Below are positions 30,301 through 40,646 of a stretch of DNA of 64,000 bases, in pieces. The stretch spans positions 61 to 64,060 of the forward strand of contig CAMZEN010000007.1 of the NCBI GenBank assembly GCA_947305775.1. The letters are read 5' to 3'. The notes under the pieces are model-generated. The model saw only the letters and a program-made list of their open reading frames with translations, was not told the DNA's origin and did not search any database. The first letter of the stretch is position 1, and each line of letters begins with the position of its first letter. A program made the translations under genes and the position numbers. This DNA is from an uncultured Verrucomicrobiota bacterium. GTDB taxonomy: Bacteria > Verrucomicrobiota > Kiritimatiellia > RFP12 > UBA1067.

Positions 30301-33250
30301 TTTCACCTGAAACGACCGAATCAAGCAGAGTCTTTCCGTTGTTCTTCACCTTCACGCGGCAGTAGCCTGTATCGTATCCGGTACCCCAATACACCCGCAT
30401 CACATCACCGACCTTGACGGTATTCTTCTCGACGCGGCAGAAATCAGGGATGTTGAGCCCTAACGAATCTGCCGCCGCGTCGAACACGCAGAAGTTGTCG
30501 AAATCCTTGACCGTCCTGCCGTTGGGATCCATCGCCTCGAAGACCATCCTGTATGCGCCAACGCCAAGCTTAAGCTCCATCGTCCACGTTTCGGACTTGT
30601 CGCTGTTCGCATTGAGCGAAACGACTTCGTCACCGACTTCCCACGCCTCGTATTTCCACGGGCCCTTCCTTTCGTCGTCATAGCCATAGCGTCCCGATCC
30701 CGCGGGCTTGCGCACAGGCTTATCCGGCGCCTTGAGCCGAAACACCTTGAGCAATCCGTTTACCGGAACTTCCGTTCCTGCAAGTGAGCGAAGCGCGACT
30801 TTCGCCGCAATGCCTTTGCCGGCCTCATGCCAGTCACCCTCCGTCCAGACGCTCGCACGCCACGCAACGGTACCGATCTCAAACGATTCACTGGCGGTGC
30901 GCGTCTCACCAGTTCCGTCTGTGACGGACACGGTGATGGTGAAGTCGAACGATGGATCGCCCGAAAGGTCGGCGGTCGGCGACGCCTCCGGCGTAAAGAC
31001 CACGTTGAACGCTCCATTCTCGTCGGTCTGCGATTCACCCTTCGCGACAAAGTTATCGCCATCTTCGCGTTCGCCAAAGCCAAGTCGGCTCCACCAGTCG
31101 GGATAGCGCGTCGAACGCTCGACATGCCATTCCACCTTCGCATCCTGAACGGGCAGGCCAGAGTACGTGAGCGCCTTGCCGACCACCGTGACGGGGGCAC
31201 CCAGAGTTGCCTTGTCGGACACCTCCTCAATTTCCGTCGTGAATTTGGGACGTTTGTACTCCTCTATGTTGACATATTTTCGCGTCTCGCCGACATCGCC
31301 GTTCTCAAGAACGACACGTGCCCTTACGCCGTATCCGCCAGTAAGCCGATCGGACGGCGCAACGAAATCGCAAACGAACGATCCCCACTTGTTCGACTTG
31401 ACGCTTCTCGTCGCAACCTCCTTGCCGTTCGGGTCTGAAAGCTCAACCTTCACTGTCTCGCCAGGGAGTGTCCTGAAGTCTCGCGCTTGCGGGTCGGCAT
31501 GGTAGACGATTCCCTTAACCTTTATTTCCTGCCCGGGACGGTACAGCGACCGATCTGTAAAAAGCTCTATGTGATCAAGCGACTCCTTTTCGTCATACAT
31601 GAAGCCCGAAGCCTCTCTGCCTAGCGAAAGCACCTCTTCGCCATCCTTAACTACACGCACATGGCAGTTCAGGACACCGTTGACGCCTTTGGTCACGTCC
31701 GCCGCGAAGTACCCGTAGATGTCCGTCACATACGACTCCAGCAACTTTTCGAATCTTCCGCCTGTCTTGGGATATCCCCACAGCTCAACTTGGGCACCGG
31801 CCACAGGCTCTCCCGACTCTGCGCGGTAGACGGTTCCGCCAAAAGCTCCGTTACCGTTTTCGAGCGCGAGTGCAAGCGACGTGACGGTAACGTATTGTGC
31901 GAAGAGAGGTGCGACATTCTCGTCGAAACTGCCGCTAGGGGCGGCATAGAGAACGTAGTGCCCGGAAGGTATGTCTTGCGGCACCTGAAACTCAAACGTC
32001 TGCTCAGAATAATCCGGCTCGAGCGGAAGCGTTCGGCTCCATTCCCTCGCACCCTCACGATTCAGGTATTTGGATCGCATGGCATAGCGTCCATCCGAGC
32101 TGCAATAGAAGCCTTCGCCCATGGTTCTGTCGGCGACAAGATCTTCAAACGAGACCGGCACGAGCCTGAAATGCACCTTGGCCAGATTGCGAAGCCTTAC
32201 TTTCATGTCAGGCCATGGTACGCACCAGTTGCGCTCGACATCGACGGCAAGCTCCTTGGACTCGATCTCCGACACGATGTTCCCGCAAAGCTTTCCGCCA
32301 ATGGACTTCGGCGACTTCGCAGCATATTCTGCGGCAAGGTCATGCGCCGCGACAAGGTCTTTTCTGCCGCGCAGGATGTCAGCCTTCTTGGCGACGGCGA
32401 ACAGGGCGACCTCGGACTTTCCGTCATATCGCTTTATGAACTCGTCAATGAAACTCTCGAACACGGCATCGCGATCCCTTTGCGGCTTTGCATCGAAATC
32501 GCGAACGTATTCGGCGGCGGCAAGCTCGGCAGAGGCAAGCGCATCGACGTTGCCGTCATTTTTGTGAAAGTCGATGAGCCGCCCATATAGAGCAAGGCCC
32601 TTCTCCAACGTCTTGTCGGGTATTGTCTCGCCGTAGAACGCAATCGCGTCGCGAACGGCAAAGTCATAGAGGGTGGGACAATACGACTCCGGCAAGGTGC
32701 CCTTGTCAAAGAGCTCCTCCCAATCCGTGAGGCGCATGCCCTTAAGCTCATTTTCAAAGGCAAACACTTTCGCAAACTGCGACTTGAGGGTGTCGGCGAT
32801 CCGCTCGGGCGACCAAGGCGGCATGTTCTCCGCAGCAGCCTCGTCATCCAACTTCGTCGGAGCCGATCCGAACAAGCGCATGCGGCGCGAGTTTTCCAGA
32901 TAGGTGTGGGCCAGGTGAAGCTGCAGTACGGCTTGGAGCGGAGCAGGTTTCGAGTCGACAGACGCTGCAAGCGCAGGCAGCCAACCGGACGCATCTTCGT
33001 CCCTTAACACGCCCATCGCCTGTTCACGCAACAGGAACGCTCGCGCGGCGTCGGGCCATCGTGCGACGGCGATCGCCTCCCGCTCGATCTCGTCAACCTT
33101 ATTCGTAACTGTGCGCGGCAGTTCCTTGCGCTGCGCAATCTCGACGTCTTTCCACGCACTTGCAAAGTCATATTCCGCCATAGCAACTCCATTAAGAACC
33201 ACCGCCACGGCGAACGCCGCGGCAACTTTCATCGTAGCTTCAAGTTTCAT
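27356..33250 (-). CDS. alpha-2-macroglobulin family protein (bacterial large A2M)
   Basis: 1964 aa with a signal peptide. Repeated MG-like beta domains. Thioester-region-like motif FPHECCEQTFSR (compare GCLEQ of E. coli YfhM). Confidence 0.75.
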   Translation of the reverse strand: MKLEATMKVAAAFAVAVVLNGVAMAEYDFASAWKDVEIAQRKELPRTVTNKVDEIEREAIAVARWPDAARAFLLREQAMGVLRDEDASGWLPALAASVDSKPAPLQAVLQLHLAHTYLENSRRMRLFGSAPTKLDDEAAAENMPPWSPERIADTLKSQFAKVFAFENELKGMRLTDWEELFDKGTLPESYCPTLYDFAVRDAIAFYGETIPDKTLEKGLALYGRLIDFHKNDGNVDALASAELAAAEYVRDFDAKPQRDRDAVFESFIDEFIKRYDGKSEVALFAVAKKADILRGRKDLVAAHDLAAEYAAKSPKSIGGKLCGNIVSEIESKELAVDVERNWCVPWPDMKVRLRNLAKVHFRLVPVSFEDLVADRTMGEGFYCSSDGRYAMRSKYLNREGAREWSRTLPLEPDYSEQTFEFQVPQDIPSGHYVLYAAPSGSFDENVAPLFAQYVTVTSLALALENGNGAFGGTVYRAESGEPVAGAQVELWGYPKTGGRFEKLLESYVTDIYGYFAADVTKGVNGVLNCHVRVVKDGEEVLSLGREASGFMYDEKESLDHIELFTDRSLYRPGQEIKVKGIVYHADPQARDFRTLPGETVKVELSDPNGKEVATRSVKSNKWGSFVCDFVAPSDRLTGGYGVRARVVLENGDVGETRKYVNIEEYKRPKFTTEIEEVSDKATLGAPVTVVGKALTYSGLPVQDAKVEWHVERSTRYPDWWSRLGFGEREDGDNFVAKGESQTDENGAFNVVFTPEASPTADLSGDPSFDFTITVSVTDGTGETRTASESFEIGTVAWRASVWTEGDWHEAGKGIAAKVALRSLAGTEVPVNGLLKVFRLKAPDKPVRKPAGSGRYGYDDERKGPWKYEAWEVGDEVVSLNANSDKSETWTMELKLGVGAYRMVFEAMDPNGRTVKDFDNFCVFDAAADSLGLNIPDFCRVEKNTVKVGDVMRVYWGTGYDTGYCRVKVKNNGKTLLDSVVSGESPKWLYELPVGDEHRGEIRVETTFVRENRIYHDHCTVNVPWDNKNLDIAVEHLTKRLYPGKEETWKFKVSGPAEVLAFMYDRSLDEYRWHDVALGFSRHFTLWPRYIGSPIIQNSTVWLSSIGGSFKNGFHHAVDVTWPFWRTLPNPMLRSRRMTKGFATAACGGALMGGDEDCLMECEVCEEPDSAENGVMMEKMRARAPIASEDDGPQEMESHRRNLQETAFFFPDLETDADGNVSFTFAAPDALTGWKFLMVAHDNALNGGVYRNEEIVTAKPLMCEPNAPRFAREGDDFIFAVKVTNTEDAPQKGEVSLQLEELDAAAASRGKFPQPPSQAFELKPHESKTFGFSVAIPDGCGYLKYVAKAKGESFADGEEGVLPVLARRMFVREAVQLNARGGETKSFRLENLVLSGGSDTIRHQDLTVRVVSNPAWYAVLSLPYLMEFPHECCEQTFSRFYANALCSYIANSDPRIRATFDAWKAAGAEALKSPLETNPHLKAIALERTPWIRDMEHEKAARARLGALFGKDSLKEEQTRCIEKLRVARNADGRWPWFPGGPSSDGITLYILTGFARLRHLTGLDHPDFFESALESLDYEVSDRVKMRLLKENLPFRINGFDVRWLYLHSFAGVASAKDKTLAQLFVDHLRESWMDLGLESQALAAIALKRMGEDELSFEIMASIKERGIVSEELGMYWKRPSIFSSSVFAAPVSTQALIVEAFREVTGDEEAADACNVWILKQNQTQDWTTTAATADAIYALLLGGGTDLLAGDSLAGVELGSEKVAPESVESGTGMWSVRFAADAIKPEMGEIAFTGSGGKGVSWGGVHWSYFEDVLKVRAHEPKELRVEKKYYKKVTGPEGTRLTSIDGALEQGDEIVARLEIESDRSLEFVHISDERPACAEPVDVLSSYRWCDGVGYYQSTRDTATHYYIDRLNKGTFVLETSFRVQHKGEFSGGVATIQCMYAPEFTAHSSADKMRCDK

Positions 33251-33262
33251 GAAGTTATTATA

Positions 33263-34228
33263 TCAAAGCTTGGGAGAAAATATGCGACGTATGTTAGCCA
33301 GGCCCTCGGCGAGATCTTCGCGCGGTACGGAAGAAGATGGCTCCACGACCACATGGGCTACGTTTTCTGCAAGAAGCCTGAGCGCCGCGAAATCGACATT
33401 GCCCTTGCCTGGCGGCAGATGATCGTCGAAATAGTCCCTTACGTCGTTGAGATGCATCCCCGCAAAGGCGTTCTCGCGGCTGTCGAGGCAGGACGGCTTC
33501 TCAATCCATCCGTGCATGTACCTTACTCGGTCGTGACCGGTATCGAACCAGGCCTTTACCGGTGCATCCTTGAACTCATCCAGCAGCTCGCACATCTCCC
33601 CTTCGTCCGGAAAGCCCTCGTAGTAAGGCAGGTTCTCGAACGCCAGGGTTACGCGTTTTTCCTGAAGTATGGGCACCAACAGCGAAATCTCTTTCTTGAA
33701 ATGCTCAAGCAGCTTTGCCCCGCGCGCCTTGCGAACGGTCTTCGCTCTAGCGAGCATGCTACGGTACGCCGAGGCGTTTACGTCGTTGCCGCATTTGTTG
33801 AGGGTCGTGCGCAGCGTTCCGGAATCGTTCACGCGAAACAGGCCCGAGAATGCCACGCGTCCAGCATGCAACACTACCGTATCGGCGCCAATGTCGGCGG
33901 CAAACCGCACATTGTTGGCGATGTGGGCGCGCGCAAGCGCCCTGGCCTCGGAGTCGAAGCTTGCGAGAGTGAAAAGCTCCGGATGTCCCGACGGCGCAGA
34001 AATCGGAACCGGACAGAATGCATGGATGCTGCCGACCGGCATTTCGTCCAGCCGAGCCTTGAAACCATCGACCTGTTCGCGAGTGGTGCGGAAGCCAAGC
34101 TCCAACGCGTCGAAACCAAGCGAAAGCGCTTCGTCTACAACAGCCTCACCGCTTTTAAGGCGTGTATTGCACCAGTTTGTGGAAAGAGCTATTTTCACGG
34201 CCAAGTTATCCTGTCTGCCATGGCGCAA
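33263..34228 (-). CDS. sugar phosphate isomerase/epimerase (xylose-isomerase-like TIM barrel)
   Basis: DALELGF…VVLHAG… pattern of the AP-endonuclease-2 / TIM-barrel family. 321 aa. Confidence 0.55.
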   Translation of the reverse strand: MRHGRQDNLAVKIALSTNWCNTRLKSGEAVVDEALSLGFDALELGFRTTREQVDGFKARLDEMPVGSIHAFCPVPISAPSGHPELFTLASFDSEARALARAHIANNVRFAADIGADTVVLHAGRVAFSGLFRVNDSGTLRTTLNKCGNDVNASAYRSMLARAKTVRKARGAKLLEHFKKEISLLVPILQEKRVTLAFENLPYYEGFPDEGEMCELLDEFKDAPVKAWFDTGHDRVRYMHGWIEKPSCLDSRENAFAGMHLNDVRDYFDDHLPPGKGNVDFAALRLLAENVAHVVVEPSSSVPREDLAEGLANIRRIFSPKL

Positions 34229-35043
34229 AGCACGGCTTCATCGCCCATGTAACGTTCGGTGCGACGGCTCGCCTCCTCTACCGCTTCTATATTGCGGAAC
34301 GCCAAATGCCGCGGAAGCGCACCCGCCACCATCCAATCCCGAACAAAGCGCATGATCGTCCTGTAGAAAGCCTTGCGAACAACCGGAACATCCTCGTCCT
34401 CTGCCGCGTCCTTAAGCTCGCCAAGTATCTCCGCCAGACGACGACCTGCAAGAGCCTTTTTGAAAACACCGTCTATCCCTTTGGCGACGAACACCTCGGC
34501 GACTGCATCATATGCTTCACCCTCAAGCACTCCGGACGGCATGGGCAGGTCTATCCGCTGAGTGCGGGAGACTATCGTAGGCAATATCGAGTCCGGCCTG
34601 TCGGTCAGCAGCAGAAAGAGCGTATTGGGCGTCGGTTCCTCAAGCAGCTTAAGGAATGAATTCGCGGCAGCTGTCTCCAGACGGTCCGCTCCGACAATAA
34701 CACCGACTTTCCATCCGCCCGAAAATGCGGTCGTGGCCATCGGCGCTATCATGCGCTCGCGCATCGAATCAGTATGGATCGTCCGACTCTTGCCCTCAGG
34801 CTCAAGGTACACGATGTCGGGATGGCAGCGGTTCGCCACCTGTGTAGAGCTTTCCGGAAACAGCTTGCGAAGAACCAGCTCCGCAAACTCCATGCATCCG
34901 CCCTTCAGATCGCCGCATACAAGGTAGCCGTGCGCAGCGTGTCCGCCCTCTATCGCACGGGACACCATTTCGAACGCGTCGTGTACGGCCTGATCCATTT
35001 TTACGCCCACGCCTTGTTTACGGTCTCCAGCACACTTCTCCAC
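34195..35043 (-). CDS. holB: DNA polymerase III subunit delta-prime
   Basis: AAA+ clamp-loader features: HAYLVCGDLKGG, FLKLLEEPTPNTLFLL, SRTQRIDLPMP (SRC-like). Lies downstream of tmk. The start may be the internal MDQAVH, giving an end at 34998. Confidence 0.75.
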   Translation of the reverse strand: MEKCAGDRKQGVGVKMDQAVHDAFEMVSRAIEGGHAAHGYLVCGDLKGGCMEFAELVLRKLFPESSTQVANRCHPDIVYLEPEGKSRTIHTDSMRERMIAPMATTAFSGGWKVGVIVGADRLETAAANSFLKLLEEPTPNTLFLLLTDRPDSILPTIVSRTQRIDLPMPSGVLEGEAYDAVAEVFVAKGIDGVFKKALAGRRLAEILGELKDAAEDEDVPVVRKAFYRTIMRFVRDWMVAGALPRHLAFRNIEAVEEASRRTERYMGDEAVLCAMADRITWP

Positions 35044-35651
35044 ACATCGTCCGGTGAACCGTTCGCGTCCAACACCTTTATGCGTCCAGGATCCGCCGCC
35101 GCAAGCTCCATGAAACCAGCGCGAAGCCGCTGATGGAAGGCGTCGCCCGCCTGCTCAATGCGATCCGACACTGTGTTGGTTGCGGCCTCGCGGCGCCGCA
35201 TGCGTTCGCAGGCGACATCTGGACGCACATCCAAAAGGAGCGTAAGATCAGGAGCAAGACCATCGCACGCAAAGTCATTCATGCGCCGAAGGTCGTCCAA
35301 CCGAAGGCCCCTTCCGTAGCCCTGGTATGCAAATGTGGAGTCGCTGAAGCGGTCGCAGACGACCCATTTGCCGGCGGAAAGCGCGGGCCTTATGACGTTG
35401 CGCACAAGCTGGGCTCTCGCGGCAAGGAAAAGAAGAAGCTCGCTCCTGTCGCATGGAGGGTCCTCGCGCTCATCCTTGAGAAGCGCGCGTATCAGCTCCG
35501 CGAGGCGCGTCCCGCCAGGCTCGCGCGTCACCACAACTTCTATACCGGATGCCCGAAGATGGTCCACAAGCCGTTTCACCTGGGTGGACTTTCCGCATCC
35601 TTCTCCGCCTTCGAAAGTTATGAACCGACCTTTCATTGCGCTACACGTCAA
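35001..35651 (-). CDS. tmk: thymidylate kinase
   Basis: P-loop FITFEGGEGCGKST, then …VVTREPGG…. 216 aa. Confidence 0.9.
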   Translation of the reverse strand: MTCSAMKGRFITFEGGEGCGKSTQVKRLVDHLRASGIEVVVTREPGGTRLAELIRALLKDEREDPPCDRSELLLFLAARAQLVRNVIRPALSAGKWVVCDRFSDSTFAYQGYGRGLRLDDLRRMNDFACDGLAPDLTLLLDVRPDVACERMRRREAATNTVSDRIEQAGDAFHQRLRAGFMELAAADPGRIKVLDANGSPDDVWRSVLETVNKAWA

Positions 35652-36318
35652 TCTTAATGATCTTCCTTATCATGAGCCATCCGACCGTTATGAGGACGAG
35701 CACAACGACTATAGCAATAACGCCCGGCAGACTGCAGAAGAACGGTATCATCAATTGGGGCTTGCTTATTGTGATGATTACGCCAAGCACGAACGGCATG
35801 AGCGAAACGATTACGCCCTGCATCCTTCCCTGCGCCGTCAAAGTCTTCACCTTGCGCTCGATCTTCATGCGCCCGCGTATGGTGTCGGATATCTTGTCGA
35901 ATATCTCGGTGACGTTGCCACCAGTCTTGCGGCTGATGAGTATTGCAGTGGTCACAAGGGTTAGGTCGTCCGACCCTACCCGCTGCGAAAGCGATTCGAG
36001 TGCGTCTTCGAAGCCCATGCCAATGCGAATCTGCTGCTGAAGTATGCGAAACTCTTCACTCACCGGAGCCTCGTCAAGATCCACAACCGCATCGAACGCC
36101 TGCGATATCGAGAACCCTGCACGAAGAGCATTGGACATGGTCGCAAGCGCTTCAGGAAGCTGCAAATTGAACTTCGCCCGCCTGCGTTCGTCCAGCCATC
36201 GCGCAAGAGGAGACTCTCCGTTCTGCCAGCCCGCCTTTATCTTCACGCCGGAGGCAAAATACCAAGCAAGGCCTCCAAGGGATATTGCGAAAAGCGTTAC
36301 TATGAGCCAGACCATCAT
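35641..36318 (-). CDS. Tad/Flp pilus assembly protein TadB/TadC (T2SS-F domain)
   Basis: Membrane protein with a GspF-like region (…LPEALATMSNALRAGFSISQAF…). Follows the cpaF-like ATPase. Confidence 0.65.
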   Translation of the reverse strand: MMVWLIVTLFAISLGGLAWYFASGVKIKAGWQNGESPLARWLDERRRAKFNLQLPEALATMSNALRAGFSISQAFDAVVDLDEAPVSEEFRILQQQIRIGMGFEDALESLSQRVGSDDLTLVTTAILISRKTGGNVTEIFDKISDTIRGRMKIERKVKTLTAQGRMQGVIVSLMPFVLGVIITISKPQLMIPFFCSLPGVIAIVVVLVLITVGWLMIRKIIKIDV

Positions 36319-36331
36319 GCCTCAAACCTCA

Positions 36332-38056
36332 TCAGGTGCGCACTATGTTCACGTCTACGGACGCATCGGGGTTGAACATCCTCGGATCGACCGACAGCCC
36401 ACGTCCGGCAAGTCTGTCGAAGAACGTCGGCATCGCGCCTGTTGGCTTGAACTCGCCGATTATCTTGCCGTGATTGCCCACGCCGATCTGCTTGAACGCA
36501 AAGAGGTCCTGCATGACAATCTGGTTGCCCTCAAGTCCAGTCACCTCAGAAATCGCAACGACCTTGCGGGAGCCGTCCGACAAGCGTGACTCGTGGATGA
36601 TTATGTCAACGGCGCTGGAGATCTGTTCGCGTATGGCGCGCGATGGCAGCTCCATCCCACTCATTAGAACCATCGTCTCAAGGCGCGATATGACATCACG
36701 CGGTGAGTTTGCATGGACTGTCGTAAGTGAACCGTCATGACCTGTGTTCATCGCCTGCAGCATGTCAAGCGCTTCACCGCCACGGCATTCACCGACGATT
36801 ATGCGGTCTGGCCGCATTCTGAGGCAGTTCTTTACAAGATCACGAATCGTCACGGCACCCTTGCCCTCAATGTTCGGCGGCCGCGCCTCCAGACGTATTA
36901 CATGCGGCTGCTGAAGCCTGAGTTCGGCGGCATCCTCGACGGACACTATGCGCTCAGTTGCCGGGATGTATCCCGAAAGCAGGTTCAACAGCGTAGTCTT
37001 GCCCGATCCCGTTCCCCCTGAGACGACAATATTCTTACGCAAAAGTACGCAAAGCTTCATGAACTCGGCCATGTTGTGCGACCATGTGCCGAAGCGAATG
37101 AAATCATCCGGCGAAAGGGCCTTCTTGGCGAATTTCCTTATCGTGATCGTCGGGCCAGAAAGCGACAGCGGCGCAATGATGGCGTTTACGCGCGAACCAT
37201 CAGAAAGGCGCGCATCGACGTATGGCTGAGACTCGTCGATCCGTCGGCCGAGCGGCGATACAATGCGCTCTATGACGGCAAGCACGCTCGCGTCATCCGT
37301 AAACTGGCAGTCTGAAAGCTCAAGCCGTCCATTACGCTCAACATACACCTTGGACGGCCCGTTCACCATGATTTCGCTCACAGTGTCGTCGTCCAGAAGC
37401 TCCTCCAACGGGCCAAGCCTCATGGCTTCGTTGAAAACGTCGTACTCCAACCGGACAGGATCGATCCCGGCAGGAAGAAGCCCATTCGCCACGACCTCAT
37501 CGATGATCTGGCGTATCTTCTCCTGCGCACGCTCCTCAAGGCCCTCTCGGTCGACGCCCTGCACCGTCAACCGTTTCATGTCCATGCGCTTCAGCAATTC
37601 GCGCTGTATCTGCTCCTGCACGCTACGCCTAAGTTCTCGCATGGGATCCGGCGCTGGTCCAGACTCATCGGCATTATCCGCGCTTGAAGAAGCAACGCCC
37701 TGCCCGTCAAAGGCTGATGGTTCCTCTTCATTCTGGGCAGGCTGGGCCACCGACATGTCGGCTGCCGCGCCAGCATCTTCGCTTACGCGCAGCATGCAAG
37801 AGCCGATCTGGACTATCATGCCGCCAGTAAGCCTTACCATGCCGTCTATTGGTTCGCCATTGACGAAAGTGCCGTTGGACGAATGAAGATCCTCTATCGC
37901 GGCCTCTCCGTCGCGCACTGTGAGCATGGCATGCCGTTCGGAAACATCCTGGAACGGAAAGCATATGCGGCATGAACTGCCGCGCCCTATCATGTAGCTG
38001 CCGTCGGCAAGCTCTCGCGTCTCGCGCCGTCCCTCGACGAGAGTCGTAAGCGTCAT
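36332..38056 (-). CDS. CpaF/TadA-type secretion ATPase with N-terminal FHA domain
   Basis: N-terminal FHA fold (…[15 protein letters not shown]…[29 protein letters not shown]). C-terminal VirB11/CpaF ATPase with Walker A ([15 protein letters not shown]) and Walker B. Confidence 0.85.
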   Translation of the reverse strand: MTLTTLVEGRRETRELADGSYMIGRGSSCRICFPFQDVSERHAMLTVRDGEAAIEDLHSSNGTFVNGEPIDGMVRLTGGMIVQIGSCMLRVSEDAGAAADMSVAQPAQNEEEPSAFDGQGVASSSADNADESGPAPDPMRELRRSVQEQIQRELLKRMDMKRLTVQGVDREGLEERAQEKIRQIIDEVVANGLLPAGIDPVRLEYDVFNEAMRLGPLEELLDDDTVSEIMVNGPSKVYVERNGRLELSDCQFTDDASVLAVIERIVSPLGRRIDESQPYVDARLSDGSRVNAIIAPLSLSGPTITIRKFAKKALSPDDFIRFGTWSHNMAEFMKLCVLLRKNIVVSGGTGSGKTTLLNLLSGYIPATERIVSVEDAAELRLQQPHVIRLEARPPNIEGKGAVTIRDLVKNCLRMRPDRIIVGECRGGEALDMLQAMNTGHDGSLTTVHANSPRDVISRLETMVLMSGMELPSRAIREQISSAVDIIIHESRLSDGSRKVVAISEVTGLEGNQIVMQDLFAFKQIGVGNHGKIIGEFKPTGAMPTFFDRLAGRGLSVDPRMFNPDASVDVNIVRT

Positions 38057-38059
38057 GGA

Positions 38060-38869
38060 CTAGCGCCCCCCGATCCTGCGCTGGCGCTCTACGTTCAAGG
38101 CCTCCAGCTCCGCCTTGACCTTTTCGAAATCAACTTTGGGAAGCTCGCGCTCGTACCAGGTATCGTTGCGCGAACGCAACGTAAGTACGAGCCGTCCCTT
38201 CATCTGTTCGGCAAAGACCAGTATCTCCGCCTCACGCGGCGAAACCTCAAGGGTCACCGTCGCGTAGCCGCGCTCTAAATCGCCCTGACCCTGCTGAGTC
38301 TTGGCGGTGGTCTGTCCAACCGCGAGCACAAGCACGTTCTGAAGGATCGTCCGGGTCTCTATGTCGCCGTTCCTTATCTTGCCGTCGGCGCCAGGGAACG
38401 CAAACGTGCCGATCACGTCAACGTGGTCGTTTGGCCGGACCATGCCCGAAACCGATGCGGCGCCGCTGCAGTTGATCGACACGGCGCGCATCTTGGGCTT
38501 TATGTCTGCGGCAAGGCCCTTGACCGTCGGGTCTCCGCCCTCGATGTCGCTCCAGAAGACGACATCTCCGGCTGCATGGCCGAGAAGCGTACGCTTGCCA
38601 ACGACATCCTGGATGCTTTCGCGCGTGAGCGCCTGACCACGAAGGCCAAGCGCAGGTGCACGACGGACCGCCAGGTCTTCTGCCGCAAGCACCGTGCCGC
38701 CCGGGATCTCCTTGGCGAACACAAGTACGTCAATCGTTCCATAGCGCTTGCCGAGTGCGTCTTTCTGGGCCTGCACCTCGGCTTCCTTGGCGGATATGTA
38801 GAATCTCGTAAGGACCGCCGCAACAAGTCCGACGGCAAGGCTTATCACCAGAACGATCTTGCGCTTCAT
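38060..38869 (-). CDS. cpaB: Flp pilus assembly protein CpaB (SAF domain)
   Basis: N-terminal transmembrane helix. Domain architecture matches CpaB/RcpC. Lies immediately upstream of the cpaF-like gene. Confidence 0.7.
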   Translation of the reverse strand: MKRKIVLVISLAVGLVAAVLTRFYISAKEAEVQAQKDALGKRYGTIDVLVFAKEIPGGTVLAAEDLAVRRAPALGLRGQALTRESIQDVVGKRTLLGHAAGDVVFWSDIEGGDPTVKGLAADIKPKMRAVSINCSGAASVSGMVRPNDHVDVIGTFAFPGADGKIRNGDIETRTILQNVLVLAVGQTTAKTQQGQGDLERGYATVTLEVSPREAEILVFAEQMKGRLVLTLRSRNDTWYERELPKVDFEKVKAELEALNVERQRRIGGR

Positions 38870-38870
38870 C

Positions 38871-40634
38871 TCAGAACAGACCCTTCACTTTTCCGGTTTC
38901 GACGTCTACGCTGATCCGCCGGTAGGCAGGCGAAGCGGAGGTGCCAGGCATGAGCTTGATTTCTCCGGCGACGGGTACGATAAGTCCGGCGCCCTGATAT
39001 ATCAGAACATCCTTCACCGGCATGCGCCATCCCTTCGGACGACCAAGAAGCTTGGGATCGTGCGAGAGCGAGTATTGCGTCTTCGCGACGCATATCGGCA
39101 GCCTGGCCGTTTCGGGATTAGACTGGAAAAGCTCAAGCTTCTTCAGCGCCTCGGGTTCGAAGTCCACGCCGTCGCCGCCGTAGACCTCCTTGACCTGCTT
39201 TTCGATGCGGTCCTTGAGAGGCTCGGCGAGGTCGCAGAGGAATTCGAAGTTATTGGGTTCGTCGCAGGCGGCAAGAACGGCTTCAGCAAGTTCAAGCGCG
39301 CCATCGCCGCCCTTTAGCCAGTGGTCGCTGACGGCAAACCTGGCCCCGGCGCTCTCGGCTATGGACCTTACAAGGTCGCGCTCCGCCTGAGTATCGGTAT
39401 AGAATGCGTTTAGGCAGACTACCGGCTGAATACCCGAACGGCGAATGATGTCTATGTGGGCAAGCAGATTGTCGCAGCCCTTCTTCAGAAGCTCGAGGTT
39501 CTCCGTCGTGTACACAGGGTCCAGAGGCAGCCCGGCCTTTACGGCAGGCGCGCCGCCGTGGGCCTTCAACGCACGAACGGTTGCAACCAGCACCACAGCG
39601 TCGGGCTTCAGGCCAGAGCAACGGCACTTGATGTTCCAGAACTTCTCATAGCCCATGTCGCTGGCAAAGCCGCTCTCGGTGACAACATAATCCCCAAGCG
39701 CACAGGCCAATCGGTCGGCCACCACAGAGTTCTGCCCTATAGCTATGTTGGCAAAAGGCCCGGCATGAACGAATACGGGCTGCCCCTCGATGGACTGCAT
39801 GAGTGTAGGCTTGATGGCATTGACCAGAAGCGCACACATTGCACCGTCCACCTCGAGATCGGCCGTCATTACAGGCGCACCACTCTTGTCATATGCGACT
39901 ATGATCTTGGAAAGTCGATTCTTGAGGTCAGCCAGGTCAGAGCTCATGGCAAGAATCGCCATAACCTCCGAGGCGACAGTAATATAGAAACCGCTCGCGC
40001 AGTTGAAGCCGTCCAGCTTGCCGCCGCGTCCAATCTCGATGCTTCTCAAACCCTGTGCGCAGAAATCCATCGCCCAGCGGAACTGGATGCGGTCTGGATC
40101 GATGTCGAGACGCTTTAGGCCGCGCTCGGCGAGCCACGCATCGTCATGGTTGCGCTCATGCTGCATGCGGGCGTTAAGAGCGACCATCGCAAGGTTGTTC
40201 GCGTTGGTGATGGCGTCAATATCGCCCGTCAACCCCAGGGAAAGGGACGTCAGCGGAACGACCTGGGCAAGACCGCCGCCGGCGGCGCTGCCCTTTATGT
40301 TGAACGTAGGACCTCCCGAAGGCTGGCGCACGCATCCAACAACCTTCTTGCCGAGCTTGCCAAGCCCCTCGACAAGTCCAAGCGTCGTGGTGGTCTTGCC
40401 CTCGCCAAGCGCGGTCGGGGTTATGGCTGTAACGTCTATGTACTTGCCCTTGCGTCCTGCGCCTACACGCCGCAGCACTTTCGTCACATCGACCTTCGCG
40501 AGCACCCGTCCGTAGGGCTCCCACTCGTCGTCCTTCAGGCCAAGTTCCGCTACAAGCTCCTTGGCAGGTCTGAGGTTCTCTTCGGCAGCTTCCGCAATCT
40601 GCCAGTCCTTCATTTTGGTGGGATCAAGTTTCAT
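38871..40634 (-). CDS. fhs: formate--tetrahydrofolate ligase
   Basis: ATP-binding motif TPTALGEGKTTTTLGL and overall FTHFS sequence. 587 aa. Confidence 0.9.
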   Translation of the reverse strand: MKLDPTKMKDWQIAEAAEENLRPAKELVAELGLKDDEWEPYGRVLAKVDVTKVLRRVGAGRKGKYIDVTAITPTALGEGKTTTTLGLVEGLGKLGKKVVGCVRQPSGGPTFNIKGSAAGGGLAQVVPLTSLSLGLTGDIDAITNANNLAMVALNARMQHERNHDDAWLAERGLKRLDIDPDRIQFRWAMDFCAQGLRSIEIGRGGKLDGFNCASGFYITVASEVMAILAMSSDLADLKNRLSKIIVAYDKSGAPVMTADLEVDGAMCALLVNAIKPTLMQSIEGQPVFVHAGPFANIAIGQNSVVADRLACALGDYVVTESGFASDMGYEKFWNIKCRCSGLKPDAVVLVATVRALKAHGGAPAVKAGLPLDPVYTTENLELLKKGCDNLLAHIDIIRRSGIQPVVCLNAFYTDTQAERDLVRSIAESAGARFAVSDHWLKGGDGALELAEAVLAACDEPNNFEFLCDLAEPLKDRIEKQVKEVYGGDGVDFEPEALKKLELFQSNPETARLPICVAKTQYSLSHDPKLLGRPKGWRMPVKDVLIYQGAGLIVPVAGEIKLMPGTSASPAYRRISVDVETGKVKGLF

Positions 40635-40646
40635 GATTGTATTATA

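Noticed and set aside
31661-32590. 309-aa plus-strand ORF and other ORFs antisense to the alpha-2-macroglobulin gene; similar antisense ORFs inside the sulfatase (10751-12025) and pckG (50020-51432) genes
   Set aside because: All sit inside genes with clear family signatures on the opposite strand.
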